DNA of 50,495 nucleotides from a virus (lineage: Duplodnaviria > Caudoviricetes), in the IMG/VR virus record IMGVR_UViG_3300045284_000404, positions 1 through 50,495 of that record. One strand, 5' to 3'. The notes under the pieces are model-generated. The model worked only from the letters and a program-made list of their open reading frames with translations. It did no database searches and was not told the DNA's origin. Numbering within the stretch: the first letter of the stretch is position 1; each line of letters begins with the position of its first letter. Made by a program: the position numbers and the translations under genes. Shown piece after piece: positions 29,127 through 38,070 of the stretch.

Positions 29127-29134
29127 GGCTCACC

Positions 29135-29425
29135 ATGATCGTATATCATTTCCATCCAGAGACCGGTGCGTTCTTGAATACCTCGTCCGAAGCGGATCCG
29201 AGTCCGCTCGAGCCAGGAGTGTTCCTAATCCCAGCTAACGCCACGGCGAAGTTACCTCCGTCACCGGCGAACCCAAAGAAGCAGCAGGCAGTGTTCCGGG
29301 ATGACACATGGAGCATCGAAGATATCCCAGTGCCACCGGCACTTAAGACAAACATGGAAGGGGCTCCCGTGGGTATGTGGCCTCGCCTTGGTATTAAAGA
29401 AGCTTTGAAAGGTGGTGTGACATGA
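29135..29425 (+). CDS. Tail fibre assembly (Tfa-like) protein
   Basis: YHFHPETGAFL...ADPSPLEPGVFLIPANAT..PP, directly after the fibre gene. Confidence 0.8.
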   Translation: MIVYHFHPETGAFLNTSSEADPSPLEPGVFLIPANATAKLPPSPANPKKQQAVFRDDTWSIEDIPVPPALKTNMEGAPVGMWPRLGIKEALKGGVT

Positions 29426-29757
29426 GCCTGAACGTTGTAACTGCAGCGAGTGATCCGGCCTTCTACACAAGGGTCAGCTATCTCGCATTGAAGGTGGCGC
29501 AGATGATTGCCTCGGAGGAGGATACTCATCCCAACCATGCTAACCGCGTGAGCTACTCTAATCGGGTCTTCCGAGGCGATGACAACGCCATCCTTCTGGC
29601 CCAGCACGTCGCCACAAATGCAGCCATCTCAGCTGCCCTCGAGAGTGGTGGACCCGAGGCACCGACAGACGCTGACATCGAGTTCACCTTGACATCGATC
29701 TGGGACGCACGGGCTAATGCCTTTGCGCCCCTGCCAGCAGGTTCGGTTGCAATCTAA
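29422..29757 (+). CDS. Hypothetical tail-module protein
   Basis: ATGA overlap, intact ORF. Confidence 0.75.
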   Translation: MSLNVVTAASDPAFYTRVSYLALKVAQMIASEEDTHPNHANRVSYSNRVFRGDDNAILLAQHVATNAAISAALESGGPEAPTDADIEFTLTSIWDARANAFAPLPAGSVAI

Positions 29758-29768
29758 GAGGTTCTGCC

Positions 29769-30683
29769 GTGGCCTTCAACTTCCCTAATGCACCAACTGA
29801 TGGCACCACCTTCACTCCTGCTGGTGGGCCAACCTATACATTCTCCAATGGCGTCTGGAAGCTAACAGGCGGTAGTTCCGCTTCCTTTATTGTGATCTCG
29901 GACACGCCTCCGACAGTACCATTCCCGGGCCAGATGTGGTTCAAGAGTGATACTGGAGGTTTGTTCTTCTGGTACGTGGATTTGAACTCGAGCCAATGGG
30001 TGCAGATTAACTTCACGCCTACTCCTGTACTGCCGATGCTAAGCAATATCGTTCAGACAGTTATCACTACGTCAGGGCCCTACACCAAGCCGCTGGGATT
30101 GAAGTTCATTCAGATTATCTGCTACGGCGGTGGAGGAGCAGGCGGTGGCTCACCTGCCACTGCAGCAGGGCAAGGCTCTGTTGGCGGTACTGGAACCAGC
30201 GGCTCCAAGGCGTCGTCGATACTGGCGGCATCAGCGCTCGGGGCTTCCGAGACGATGACGATCGGTGCCGGTGGCGCTGGCGTTTCAGGGGCTGCAGGCA
30301 ACGCCGGACAGCCAACATCATTTGGAAGCCTTGTTGTAGCGGTAGGTGGCAACCCTGGAGGTTCTCTGGGCGCCAACGCAGCTGCACGCTCAGCGGGGTC
30401 AGGTTCTACGGCGCAGGCAACCGCTGGGCAGATACTTGGCTGGACCATGCGTGGACAGACATCATTTCAGGTTGCGGCGGGAGCAGCAGCTGGCAGCATG
30501 GCTGGTAACGGTGGTGAAACCGATCTGGGAGGGGGAGGCCAGGGTTCAGCGGCTGGAGCCGGAGGAGCCGGAGCACCCAACACAGGAGGTGGCGGTGGAG
30601 GCACTGTCAATGCAGCCTCGTTGGCAGCAGTTACCGGTGGCGCTGGTGGTTCTGGGGTCATCATTTTGAGGGAGTATTTCTGA
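29769..30683 (+). CDS. Glycine-rich fibre/adhesin protein 1
   Basis: YTKP.GLKFIQIICYGGGGAGG...GGAGGSGVIILREYF glycine-rich domain. Confidence 0.85.
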   Translation: MAFNFPNAPTDGTTFTPAGGPTYTFSNGVWKLTGGSSASFIVISDTPPTVPFPGQMWFKSDTGGLFFWYVDLNSSQWVQINFTPTPVLPMLSNIVQTVITTSGPYTKPLGLKFIQIICYGGGGAGGGSPATAAGQGSVGGTGTSGSKASSILAASALGASETMTIGAGGAGVSGAAGNAGQPTSFGSLVVAVGGNPGGSLGANAAARSAGSGSTAQATAGQILGWTMRGQTSFQVAAGAAAGSMAGNGGETDLGGGGQGSAAGAGGAGAPNTGGGGGGTVNAASLAAVTGGAGGSGVIILREYF

Positions 30684-31519
30684 TGGCCTATGATTTTCCC
30701 AATGCGCCCTCTGTCGGCACCATCTTTGCTCCTCCCGGCGGGCCGATATGGCAGTGGACCGGCACTGTATGGGCCATTTCGTCACCAGCTGGGATCCCAG
30801 AAGCACCTACCGATGGGCTCCTCTACGGTCGGCAGAATGGGCTGTGGGCGAACATCCTCAACAACATTGTCCAGACGATCATTAGCACGCCGGGAGCTGG
30901 GGTCTATTCGAAGCCTGCAGGGCTGAAGTTCCTCGATGTCATTCTTATTGGTGGTGGTGGAGGTTCCTCTCGGGGTGGCATCTCGGCCGCGGGCACGGCA
31001 TCAGCTGGAGGCGGCGGCGGAGGAGCCGGTGTCTGCTTCAAGCTCTACAAGGCATCCGATCTTGCAGCGACAGAAGCCTACGTGATCGGCGCTGGCGGTA
31101 CGTCACCGGGCGGTACCGGAGGGGATGGCGGTGCCAGCACATTCAAAGGGCTGACAGCGGGAGGTGGCGGAGGCGGTGGCGCACTGATGACGGCGACGGC
31201 AGCGCTTGGTACAGGTTCGACGCGCGGTGCAGGAGCTTCTGCCACTGGTGGCGACCTCAATTTGGATGGCCAGCATGGTGGACAAGGCTGGGCTAATCCA
31301 CATGGGCGAGTTGCCACAGCGATCGGTGGCTTTGGTGGTAGCAATTGCCTTGCCCAGGGTCTTACACCTGGCCTTACAGCAACACTGCTCAGTGGTGGAG
31401 ATGGCAGGTTCCCCGGAGCTGGAGCTTATGGCGGAGCCGGAGCTGGCACGGGCGGTGCTACTGCTGGTACTGGCGGTATCGGCGGCAATGGCGGCCTCAT
31501 TCTCAAGGAGTACTATTGA
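30683..31519 (+). CDS. Glycine-rich fibre/adhesin protein 2 with foldon-like motif
   Basis: Paralog of the previous gene; GIPEAPTDGLLYGRQNGLW resembles the T4 fibritin foldon. Confidence 0.85.
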   Translation: MAYDFPNAPSVGTIFAPPGGPIWQWTGTVWAISSPAGIPEAPTDGLLYGRQNGLWANILNNIVQTIISTPGAGVYSKPAGLKFLDVILIGGGGGSSRGGISAAGTASAGGGGGGAGVCFKLYKASDLAATEAYVIGAGGTSPGGTGGDGGASTFKGLTAGGGGGGGALMTATAALGTGSTRGAGASATGGDLNLDGQHGGQGWANPHGRVATAIGGFGGSNCLAQGLTPGLTATLLSGGDGRFPGAGAYGGAGAGTGGATAGTGGIGGNGGLILKEYY

Positions 31520-31833
31520 TGGCAACAGATACCATCCTCTACCGCAAGGGCTCAACTTTCGAATATCAAGGAGTCCTACAGGATGCCTCTGGAGCCCCAA
31601 TGCCCATCGAGGCCTCTCTGGTGCTCAAGATCTACGAGACCTTCGGAGCCGGGATGCAGGATTTAGCTATATCGGTGATCGACGGACCTTCAGGGACATT
31701 CAAGGTCTCCCTAAGTGAGGAAGAATCGAAGAAGCTCCCTGAGGGGAGATCTTCCTGGTTCAAGATCCTCTTCGACTACGAGGACACCACGAAGAAGGTG
31801 GTCTTTCCTCCGCTGTGGATCAATGTACAGTAG
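31519..31833 (+). CDS. Small beta-sandwich (BppU N-terminal-like) protein
   Basis: AAGGAG RBS, TGATG overlap, G.F...LS.EES..LP.G...F.I pattern. Confidence 0.65.
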   Translation: MATDTILYRKGSTFEYQGVLQDASGAPMPIEASLVLKIYETFGAGMQDLAISVIDGPSGTFKVSLSEEESKKLPEGRSSWFKILFDYEDTTKKVVFPPLWINVQ

Positions 31834-33192
31834 TCATTGTAGGAAGCTGGAGATCTTGGGCAGGGGCGTGAAGGCAGATCCTTCAGCACCGTCCATGTCC
31901 TCCGAGCGGAGGTACTTCGACTTCACCGCCGTGTTTAGAATATGGACGATCCTGTCTGAGGGAACTCTGGTTGAGAGGTACCTCCAAAGCATGTCCCTGG
32001 GAATGGGCTTCTTGTACTTCGTGTGCAGCTGGTAGGCAAAGGTATGAAGTTCATCAAGCAGGTCCGAGTCAGACCTCCCAACCATCGCAGCAAAAACATC
32101 CGGCATCGTCGACTCGGCCTCATGCATCCACTCCACTGCGCGCTGAATGTCCCGCACGGTCATGCGGAGAGAGTTTCCATAGGAAGCACTCGAGATCAGG
32201 CAAAGCTTCAGCAGGATCTGCCTTCGTCTTCTGTTGTAATGCTGCAGTTTCGTGTGACTGGGTATTGGCCTGATCCCTGCAAGGTTGTGTTCCTCGATCA
32301 GAACCTCGGCTTCCGGGGTGAACTCCATCACACCAGCGAGTTCCGTGAGACGGGTCATATCTGCAGAGAGCCCATCACGGAGGTGAGCCATATGCCGTTC
32401 AGCGTTCTTATCCACTATGCTCTTTGACGCGATCCTCCGGACATCAGGCATCACCTCAGAGTAAATCAGGATAAAGCGAGCCATGAAACCCTGGTCCCAC
32501 GCCGTCGGGGGCAACGTGGCGACCAGGGTTCCCGGCTGGGCACCGGCAAGAAGGGTTACTACCGGGCCAACTATGATTTCAGTTTTTCCCCGAGATCTCT
32601 TACTCTCCTTGAACTCTGGAGGACCATCCCAGAGCTTAGTGAGCGATGCCATAAAGCCTTGGTCCATCTGAGAGAGCAGCGTCGAGAACTCGCCAGCAGC
32701 AATGAGAATCGACCTGTATTCATCCATTCGCTCGGGACTTCGCTGGGCAAACTTCTTCGGCGAGTTCTCGAACTCATCGAGCAAGCCCGCCTTAGTCATG
32801 TCATCTCCGGAGACCTTGAGTGCCCTGTTGGGATCCCCTGGATTCACGGATCGCCAGAGCTCTCTGACGGGGTCAATTGCCTGACTTTTCCCGACGCCTG
32901 GCGGAGCCACAAGCATGACGTAGAGGTTCGGATATACCTCACCAAGGTCATTCTCCATCAGAACCCGCCGTTCAAGTGCCCCACCCACGGCAGTTATTGC
33001 AGCCCATTTTCTGAAAACTCTCGGGCTCCCCTTTTGATCGGTGTATTCAAGAAATGACTCTATCCAGTCCGGTAGCATCCGGTTTTGAGTTCCGGACTCT
33101 GCCATCAGTTCCAATGCCTTTCCATGGGATAAGTCCATCAGCATTTTTCTTATCCACTTTCTGAGGACACCAGTTCCAGCCGCATTCGACAT
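31834..33192 (-). CDS. DUF3987/YfjI-like P-loop helicase (start probably near 33105)
   Basis: DWIESFLEYT...SP..F..WAAI, YPNLYVMLVAPPGVGKS, L..LWD, GFMARFI. Confidence 0.8.
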   Translation of the reverse strand: MSNAAGTGVLRKWIRKMLMDLSHGKALELMAESGTQNRMLPDWIESFLEYTDQKGSPRVFRKWAAITAVGGALERRVLMENDLGEVYPNLYVMLVAPPGVGKSQAIDPVRELWRSVNPGDPNRALKVSGDDMTKAGLLDEFENSPKKFAQRSPERMDEYRSILIAAGEFSTLLSQMDQGFMASLTKLWDGPPEFKESKRSRGKTEIIVGPVVTLLAGAQPGTLVATLPPTAWDQGFMARFILIYSEVMPDVRRIASKSIVDKNAERHMAHLRDGLSADMTRLTELAGVMEFTPEAEVLIEEHNLAGIRPIPSHTKLQHYNRRRRQILLKLCLISSASYGNSLRMTVRDIQRAVEWMHEAESTMPDVFAAMVGRSDSDLLDELHTFAYQLHTKYKKPIPRDMLWRYLSTRVPSDRIVHILNTAVKSKYLRSEDMDGAEGSAFTPLPKISSFLQ

Positions 33193-34663
33193 CCGCAGGA
33201 ATTTCTACGGTCTCATCGCTGTAATGTAGAGGTATCTTCAGAAGTTCTAGTACCCGAAGGACAATCTTCTCCGATTTCTCCGAGTCTGGATCATCTGGTA
33301 GCTGAAAGACAATGTTGTCATGGACCTGTAGCAGGAGTTCCAGGGGACCCTTAGAAGGTCCCCAGGCATCCAATTCATACCAGACTCTCCATAGGCCCAA
33401 GTTCAGGAGGTCTCCCACAGTCGATTGTGGGTCAAAAGCAATAGCCTTCCTTAGAGTGGAATCATCGTCCGGCCGACCGAAGAAGTGCCGCTGACGACCG
33501 AGGGCAGTGGTCACATAGTAGTCCATCTGCAGCCGGTTCGCCTGCATCATATGATAGGATTTGATCCCCTTGAAGCGACGGAAGTATTTTAGCTGAAACG
33601 TCGCTACAGACTCCTTGTCGATCTTGGTCTGCTTGGCCATGTGAGGAGGCTTACCGAAATAGTTCGATCCATGGCCAAGGCGCTTCGAGGTGTCACGGTA
33701 GGAGAGGGCATGGTAGAATGGACTCTCCGCTAGGGCTTTGTCTGCCTCTTTGTCTCCTGTCCATCCGAGGTCTGGCCAAATTTCTCTGGTGACTCCGGTA
33801 TGTAGATCTCCACTTCGACACGCATCAAGGTACGCACGATCTCGGCCGTCCCTGTAGGCAAGACCTCCAGTGACGAACGACTCTGCCTGGGCCAGGTCAA
33901 CGGACCAAAGCTTCTTCCCTGAATCTGCGACAACACAACGTCGCATTTTCTTAGTCCAGTTTTGGAGGTTATCTCCAGATCCAAAGGGATCTTGACTGGA
34001 CGACCATCGACCAGTTTCAGTTCCAGCCACATTGTAGCTGCAACGCATTCTTCCATCAGCAGATAATGCTTTTGAGAGGACATCAATCTTCTTCTTCAGG
34101 TCTCGCATGGAGATAATGAACCGGGCAAAGGGAGCGGCCCAGTAGTAGGACTGCAGACTCTCCAGTGCCTCCCGGTTCACGGTGATCTTGGCGTTGCCTT
34201 TCTCATAGGTATAGATCGGCTCAACGCCTAGGCTTTCGTAGAAAAACTCTTTCAGCTGTTGAGGAGAGTTGTAATTCAGCGCGAAGGCCCGCTTGGACTC
34301 CGCGTACACATTCAGGGGCTTCTTCCCGCTGTAGGGGATCCCCCAGACCGCCTCAGCAAGGCGTTGGAATTTCGCATCCAAGGCAGCGAGCTGGTTCGAG
34401 AGCTCTGACCGGACAATCCCTCGCCACATCTTATCAACGAGAACACCCCGCCGAGACATCACGAAGCTCGGGGCCTGCATCGCGCGTTCGAACCCGTACA
34501 CCAGCGAGGCATTCTCGGAGTGCTCCACTGTCAGAAGATCCCGCCAGAGACTCTCCCAGACCTCGAACGTAACCGCGCAGTCCAGGCCATTGTAGACTTG
34601 GAGCGCAATCATTTCATCCAGGGATTTTCCTCTGGAGATGGTGGCACTATCGATCCAGGGCAC
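33047..34663 (-). CDS. DNA polymerase family A, C-terminal part (ExoIII plus polymerase domain)
   Basis: YNGLD (ExoIII), TETGRWSS, DLAQAES (motif A), RDTSKRLGHGSNY (B), QVHD (C); GTG 34663 with GGAG RBS. Confidence 0.92.
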   Translation of the reverse strand: MPWIDSATISRGKSLDEMIALQVYNGLDCAVTFEVWESLWRDLLTVEHSENASLVYGFERAMQAPSFVMSRRGVLVDKMWRGIVRSELSNQLAALDAKFQRLAEAVWGIPYSGKKPLNVYAESKRAFALNYNSPQQLKEFFYESLGVEPIYTYEKGNAKITVNREALESLQSYYWAAPFARFIISMRDLKKKIDVLSKALSADGRMRCSYNVAGTETGRWSSSQDPFGSGDNLQNWTKKMRRCVVADSGKKLWSVDLAQAESFVTGGLAYRDGRDRAYLDACRSGDLHTGVTREIWPDLGWTGDKEADKALAESPFYHALSYRDTSKRLGHGSNYFGKPPHMAKQTKIDKESVATFQLKYFRRFKGIKSYHMMQANRLQMDYYVTTALGRQRHFFGRPDDDSTLRKAIAFDPQSTVGDLLNLGLWRVWYELDAWGPSKGPLELLLQVHDNIVFQLPDDPDSEKSEKIVLRVLELLKIPLHYSDETVEIPADVECGWNWCPQKVDKKNADGLIPWKGIGTDGRVRNSKPDATGLDRVIS

Positions 34664-35039
34664 GATGCTCGCTCCAGAACTCCTCACAGCGTGCCGGATA
34701 GCCAGAGCCAAAGTCAATGGGCTCGAAGATCGTCACGGGAATGCCCTGATCTTGACAGAAGGCCCTCTCCACAGCGACTCCCTTAGATTCCTCCCAGCCC
34801 TCGAGGCCGAGGACAATCATCTCCTCGGAGCGGTCGATGAAGTGGAGATTGTAGTCTTGCCAAAACTCAAAGTCAACCGGCATCTTTTGCTGGATCGCCA
34901 TGACGTGACAGTGAGCAATAGGGGAGAAGAGCATCTTCCCAGCCTTTATCCCAATGGCGACAAATTCACACACCTTATAGTAGCGGTAATTCATTAGGCT
35001 CTTATCAGTGCTGCTGTAGGGGCTGGCAACGTAGATCAT
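34647..35039 (-). CDS. DUF1937 / nucleoside deoxyribosyltransferase-like fold protein
   Basis: MIYVASPYS...FSPIAHCH...W..SKGV..E. Confidence 0.8.
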   Translation of the reverse strand: MIYVASPYSSTDKSLMNYRYYKVCEFVAIGIKAGKMLFSPIAHCHVMAIQQKMPVDFEFWQDYNLHFIDRSEEMIVLGLEGWEESKGVAVERAFCQDQGIPVTIFEPIDFGSGYPARCEEFWSEHRALDR

Positions 35040-36110
35040 TCATTCCTCCCTCTTGAAATCATCTCTATTCCTGAAACGCATCATCTTCCATGAGGCCTCG
35101 TCAGTGTGTAGGGAGGCCAGAGTTCCGAGGTCCTTTTTGAGTTCTGGCCAAAGGGCGTGCTGGAGCAGCATGGTATCCTCCGAGCAGTTCCTCAGCGGTG
35201 CTCTCCAATTCTCCCAGAAGTAGGCCATGTCGTACATACCATTCTGGAAAATCTTAGTGACAGAGGAATTCCCTAAGAGTCTCCGGAACTCTCGGACAAT
35301 TCGGCACTCTTCCTCGTGGCTCCAGTAACTGCCGTTCTCCCTTCGGAGATCCATAAACGGAATAACAGCTGCCTCTGTAGGAGAGAGGCCAATACCGCAG
35401 ACGGTGATCTGCCCGGCTTTTGTCTCCACATCGAGAGTAATTTCGTTGGCCCACTGAGCCCGATCAAGAACGTCCAGAGCCTCTCGTAGGGTGGGGTCCA
35501 CCAGAATCTGACGGTGGGGAATTCTGACATCAGGATATAATGACTCTCTTTTGAGCTTGCCGAAGTCAGCGATTGTAATGACTCTATCCTTCCAGTTTCG
35601 CAGTACGTAAGCTGGATGGTAGGCGGGGAGGACCTTGTATTGAACCCCCCTGATTGTACAAATATGGACTCGTCCGCGTAGTGCTGTAATCTTAGGTGTC
35701 TGTTTGAAGACGGCCCAGCAGCTGGAGTTCCCAAGACAGCACAATATGTTTGGACGACAAGCGGAGATCTCGTCGTAGAGGCGTTCGATCTCAAAGGCGA
35801 AGTCTTTAATGACGTACCGCCCTGGGAATAGCGCAGGGAATCCTGAGATTCCATTCTTCATCTCCTGTCGCTGGGTAAAGTTCTCGATCTTATTGTCGGG
35901 AGGCCGAGAGAAGAAGACATTGGTCATGAAGCATTCAGTGGGTTCGATCCCTGCCTGTCTGAGCATCCTCCGCAGCTCCCTCCCGGAGGCCCCCACAAAG
36001 GGAGCCCCCTGCATCATCTCCTCAACACCGGGAGCCTCCCCGATGATGAAGATCCGTGCATCCTTCGGCCCAGAGGGCCGCATGGTGGGATAGACTACAT
36101 TCACAGCCAC
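35040..36110 (-). CDS. Uracil-DNA glycosylase (family 4, SPO1-like) fused to N-terminal part of the 3'-5' exonuclease
   Basis: IIGEAPG, PFVGASG, RPP.N, YHPAY; then LDVET (ExoI), QNGMYD (ExoII), EDTMLLQH. Confidence 0.9.
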   Translation of the reverse strand: MAVNVVYPTMRPSGPKDARIFIIGEAPGVEEMMQGAPFVGASGRELRRMLRQAGIEPTECFMTNVFFSRPPDNKIENFTQRQEMKNGISGFPALFPGRYVIKDFAFEIERLYDEISACRPNILCCLGNSSCWAVFKQTPKITALRGRVHICTIRGVQYKVLPAYHPAYVLRNWKDRVITIADFGKLKRESLYPDVRIPHRQILVDPTLREALDVLDRAQWANEITLDVETKAGQITVCGIGLSPTEAAVIPFMDLRRENGSYWSHEEECRIVREFRRLLGNSSVTKIFQNGMYDMAYFWENWRAPLRNCSEDTMLLQHALWPELKKDLGTLASLHTDEASWKMMRFRNRDDFKREE

Positions 36111-36262
36111 TCCTCATCACCGCATACTACACAGCGATAGATCGTGAATACACTGCCTACAATAACAATAGAGCAGATGCACTCAGCTGGAGGACACTTC
36201 TTTAACAGCACTTTCGATTTGATTGGCTGCGGCTTCTTCAAAGTCTTCATCGGTTTGCTCAT
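36101..36262 (-). CDS. Small putative zinc-ribbon protein
   Basis: C-terminal part of track ORF 36101..36430: CPPAECIC...YRCVVCG; fills the gap between neighbours. Confidence 0.45.
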   Translation of the reverse strand: MSKPMKTLKKPQPIKSKVLLKKCPPAECICSIVIVGSVFTIYRCVVCGDEEWL

Positions 36263-36605
36263 GATCAAAGACACTCCTTGCCTCTGGTGTTCCCTCCAAG
36301 GCACACTCTCCGGCGATGGCCATATAGGTAGCCCCATCAACGTAGGTGTCCTCATGAGCGACCGTGCCAGTGGCAATACGGCTGATCTTGGTGAGGACAA
36401 GATCGATCGCCTCGTGTTCGCCGGGGCCAATCCTTCTGGAGGATTTCACGGCATACTTCAGAAAGACCCTCTTCAATTCGCCTGCGCAGGCCATGTTTAC
36501 TTTGGGATCTCCGTAGAGGCTATCACGGGTTCCAGAGGTCAGGCGTACTCCCTGGACGAGTATCCTGGCTCTCGGCGTCATCTTAGGCTTCGGCTGATCG
36601 TTCAT
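36183..36605 (-). CDS. DUF6378 protein (all-alpha, nucleotide-hydrolase-associated)
   Basis: IL......GTRDSLYGDP...KISRIATG..HEDTYVDGATY. Confidence 0.8.
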   Translation of the reverse strand: MNDQPKPKMTPRARILVQGVRLTSGTRDSLYGDPKVNMACAGELKRVFLKYAVKSSRRIGPGEHEAIDLVLTKISRIATGTVAHEDTYVDGATYMAIAGECALEGTPEARSVFDHEQTDEDFEEAAANQIESAVKEVSSS

Positions 36606-38010
36606 CTCGTATTCCTTCTTTGATTATGAGCTGGTTTAAAGCACGCTTACGCCTGAATCGGTCCAGCTCTGCTACCGCTTCAGAATGGAATTTCTCGTCC
36701 CTTTCAATGCCGAATACCGTCTCTGCTCCGAGGGCCTCGGCAGCCCGAAGCGAGGTACCTGATCCGGCAGTTGGGTCAAGCATCCTGGTTCCACCAGAGA
36801 CAAACATTCGGAAAAAGTGCTCCAGCATGGGTTGGGGTTTCTCGGCTGGATGAATTCCTCTGGATATGGGAGCCGAATATACATCGGAGACGCTTTGAAC
36901 AATCTTTCGATCCCCTCGAGAAATGACAAATGCCGTCTCGTAAATGTGTCTTGCTCGTCGACTTGCATCAGACATCACTCCACTGTTGTCGCTCTTATGC
37001 CAGATAAGGGGTATCCGGAAGATCCGGAAGTCCAAGGGAGCTGCAAAATCTGCAAAGAAGTCATAGGTGCTGTAGATGTTCTCGGTCTGGAACCACAGGA
37101 GTATGTGGGCCGAGGGAGAGACTACATTACTGAAGCAATCAAGGAGGCCTTGGCATAGGTTCCAGTAGATCTCGGGAGAGTCTTCGTACTTGCCGAGATC
37201 ACCTCCAGCATTGATCTGACTGTCACTCCTTCCTGCTCCGGCTCCATACGGGAAGTCACAGTGGATGAAGTTGAACTTCGGCCCGGAGTACGAGGCAGAC
37301 CAAGAGAGGAAGTCGCCAAGCAGAAGGGACTCTTTCCCGGGAAGAATGACTGGAGACTCTGCCAGAGGGGGGACAGTGACAGAGCCTCCAGCGAGAGCAG
37401 GCGAGATAGGGGACCTGCTCTCTGTCGGTGCAGTAGTTGCGAGCTGCACCGATTCCTGTATTCCAACGATCATGTCGTCGAACTTCCGATCCTGTTGTCG
37501 TTGGAGTATAGCGAACGCAGTAGATAGTGACGAAGCCTCCGAGAGGAAAGGGTCTCTTTCCATAGCCTCGGATAGAGCGAGGTATCTAGATACTGATTGG
37601 GTCGTAACACCAAGACGCTCAGCTGTCTTGCTCTGGTTCCATTCCGGGTACTTATCATCCAGTCTACGATGTATGTCGGCTGCTGCATTACAGCGCTCCT
37701 GCCAAGAAAGGTCGCTTCGCTTTACGTTCTCTTCTAGCTCTATGATCTTCGCGTCGTCCTCGGAGAGATCCTCCACATCGAGGGCTGCGATTTCATTCCG
37801 CCCGAGAAAGCGGTGAGCAGTCAGGCGACGTTCGCCTGCCACTAGCACGTTCCCTCCGCGGAGGACAATGGGATTGATGAGGCCTTTCGTGTCAGGAAGC
37901 ACTTCTAGGTTCTGACTAATGGAGGCCATCAGATCAGCTACAGATTCCTGTGTGATCTTCTTGCGCTGACGTTCGTTAACAATGATTTCAGACAAAGGGA
38001 CGAGCCGCAT
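36583..38010 (-). CDS. ParB-like nuclease/HTH fused to N6/N4 DNA methyltransferase
   Basis: GLINPIV...LVAGERRL.A, ELEENVKR.DL.W.E, HTH; DFPY, HPAEKP, LDPTAGSGT (beta-class order). Confidence 0.88.
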   Translation of the reverse strand: MRLVPLSEIIVNERQRKKITQESVADLMASISQNLEVLPDTKGLINPIVLRGGNVLVAGERRLTAHRFLGRNEIAALDVEDLSEDDAKIIELEENVKRSDLSWQERCNAAADIHRRLDDKYPEWNQSKTAERLGVTTQSVSRYLALSEAMERDPFLSEASSLSTAFAILQRQQDRKFDDMIVGIQESVQLATTAPTESRSPISPALAGGSVTVPPLAESPVILPGKESLLLGDFLSWSASYSGPKFNFIHCDFPYGAGAGRSDSQINAGGDLGKYEDSPEIYWNLCQGLLDCFSNVVSPSAHILLWFQTENIYSTYDFFADFAAPLDFRIFRIPLIWHKSDNSGVMSDASRRARHIYETAFVISRGDRKIVQSVSDVYSAPISRGIHPAEKPQPMLEHFFRMFVSGGTRMLDPTAGSGTSLRAAEALGAETVFGIERDEKFHSEAVAELDRFRRKRALNQLIIKEGIRDERSAEA

Positions 38011-38020
38011 TTTCCTCTCC

Positions 38021-38062
38021 AATAAAAAGGGGAGCCTAAGGACCGATCTCCCTTAGGCTCCC
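38021..38062 (-). terminator. Rho-independent terminator
   Basis: 12-bp stem GGGAGCCTAAGG/CCTTAGGCTCCC followed on the - strand by CTTTTTATT. Confidence 0.85.
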
Positions 38063-38070
38063 AATGGGAG

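Noticed and set aside
34664-35039. Intron, intein or homing endonuclease interrupting the polymerase
   Set aside because: The gap is fully occupied by a DUF1937-like ORF with no HNH, GIY-YIG or LAGLIDADG motif and no spare non-coding sequence. The downstream ORF has its own RBS.
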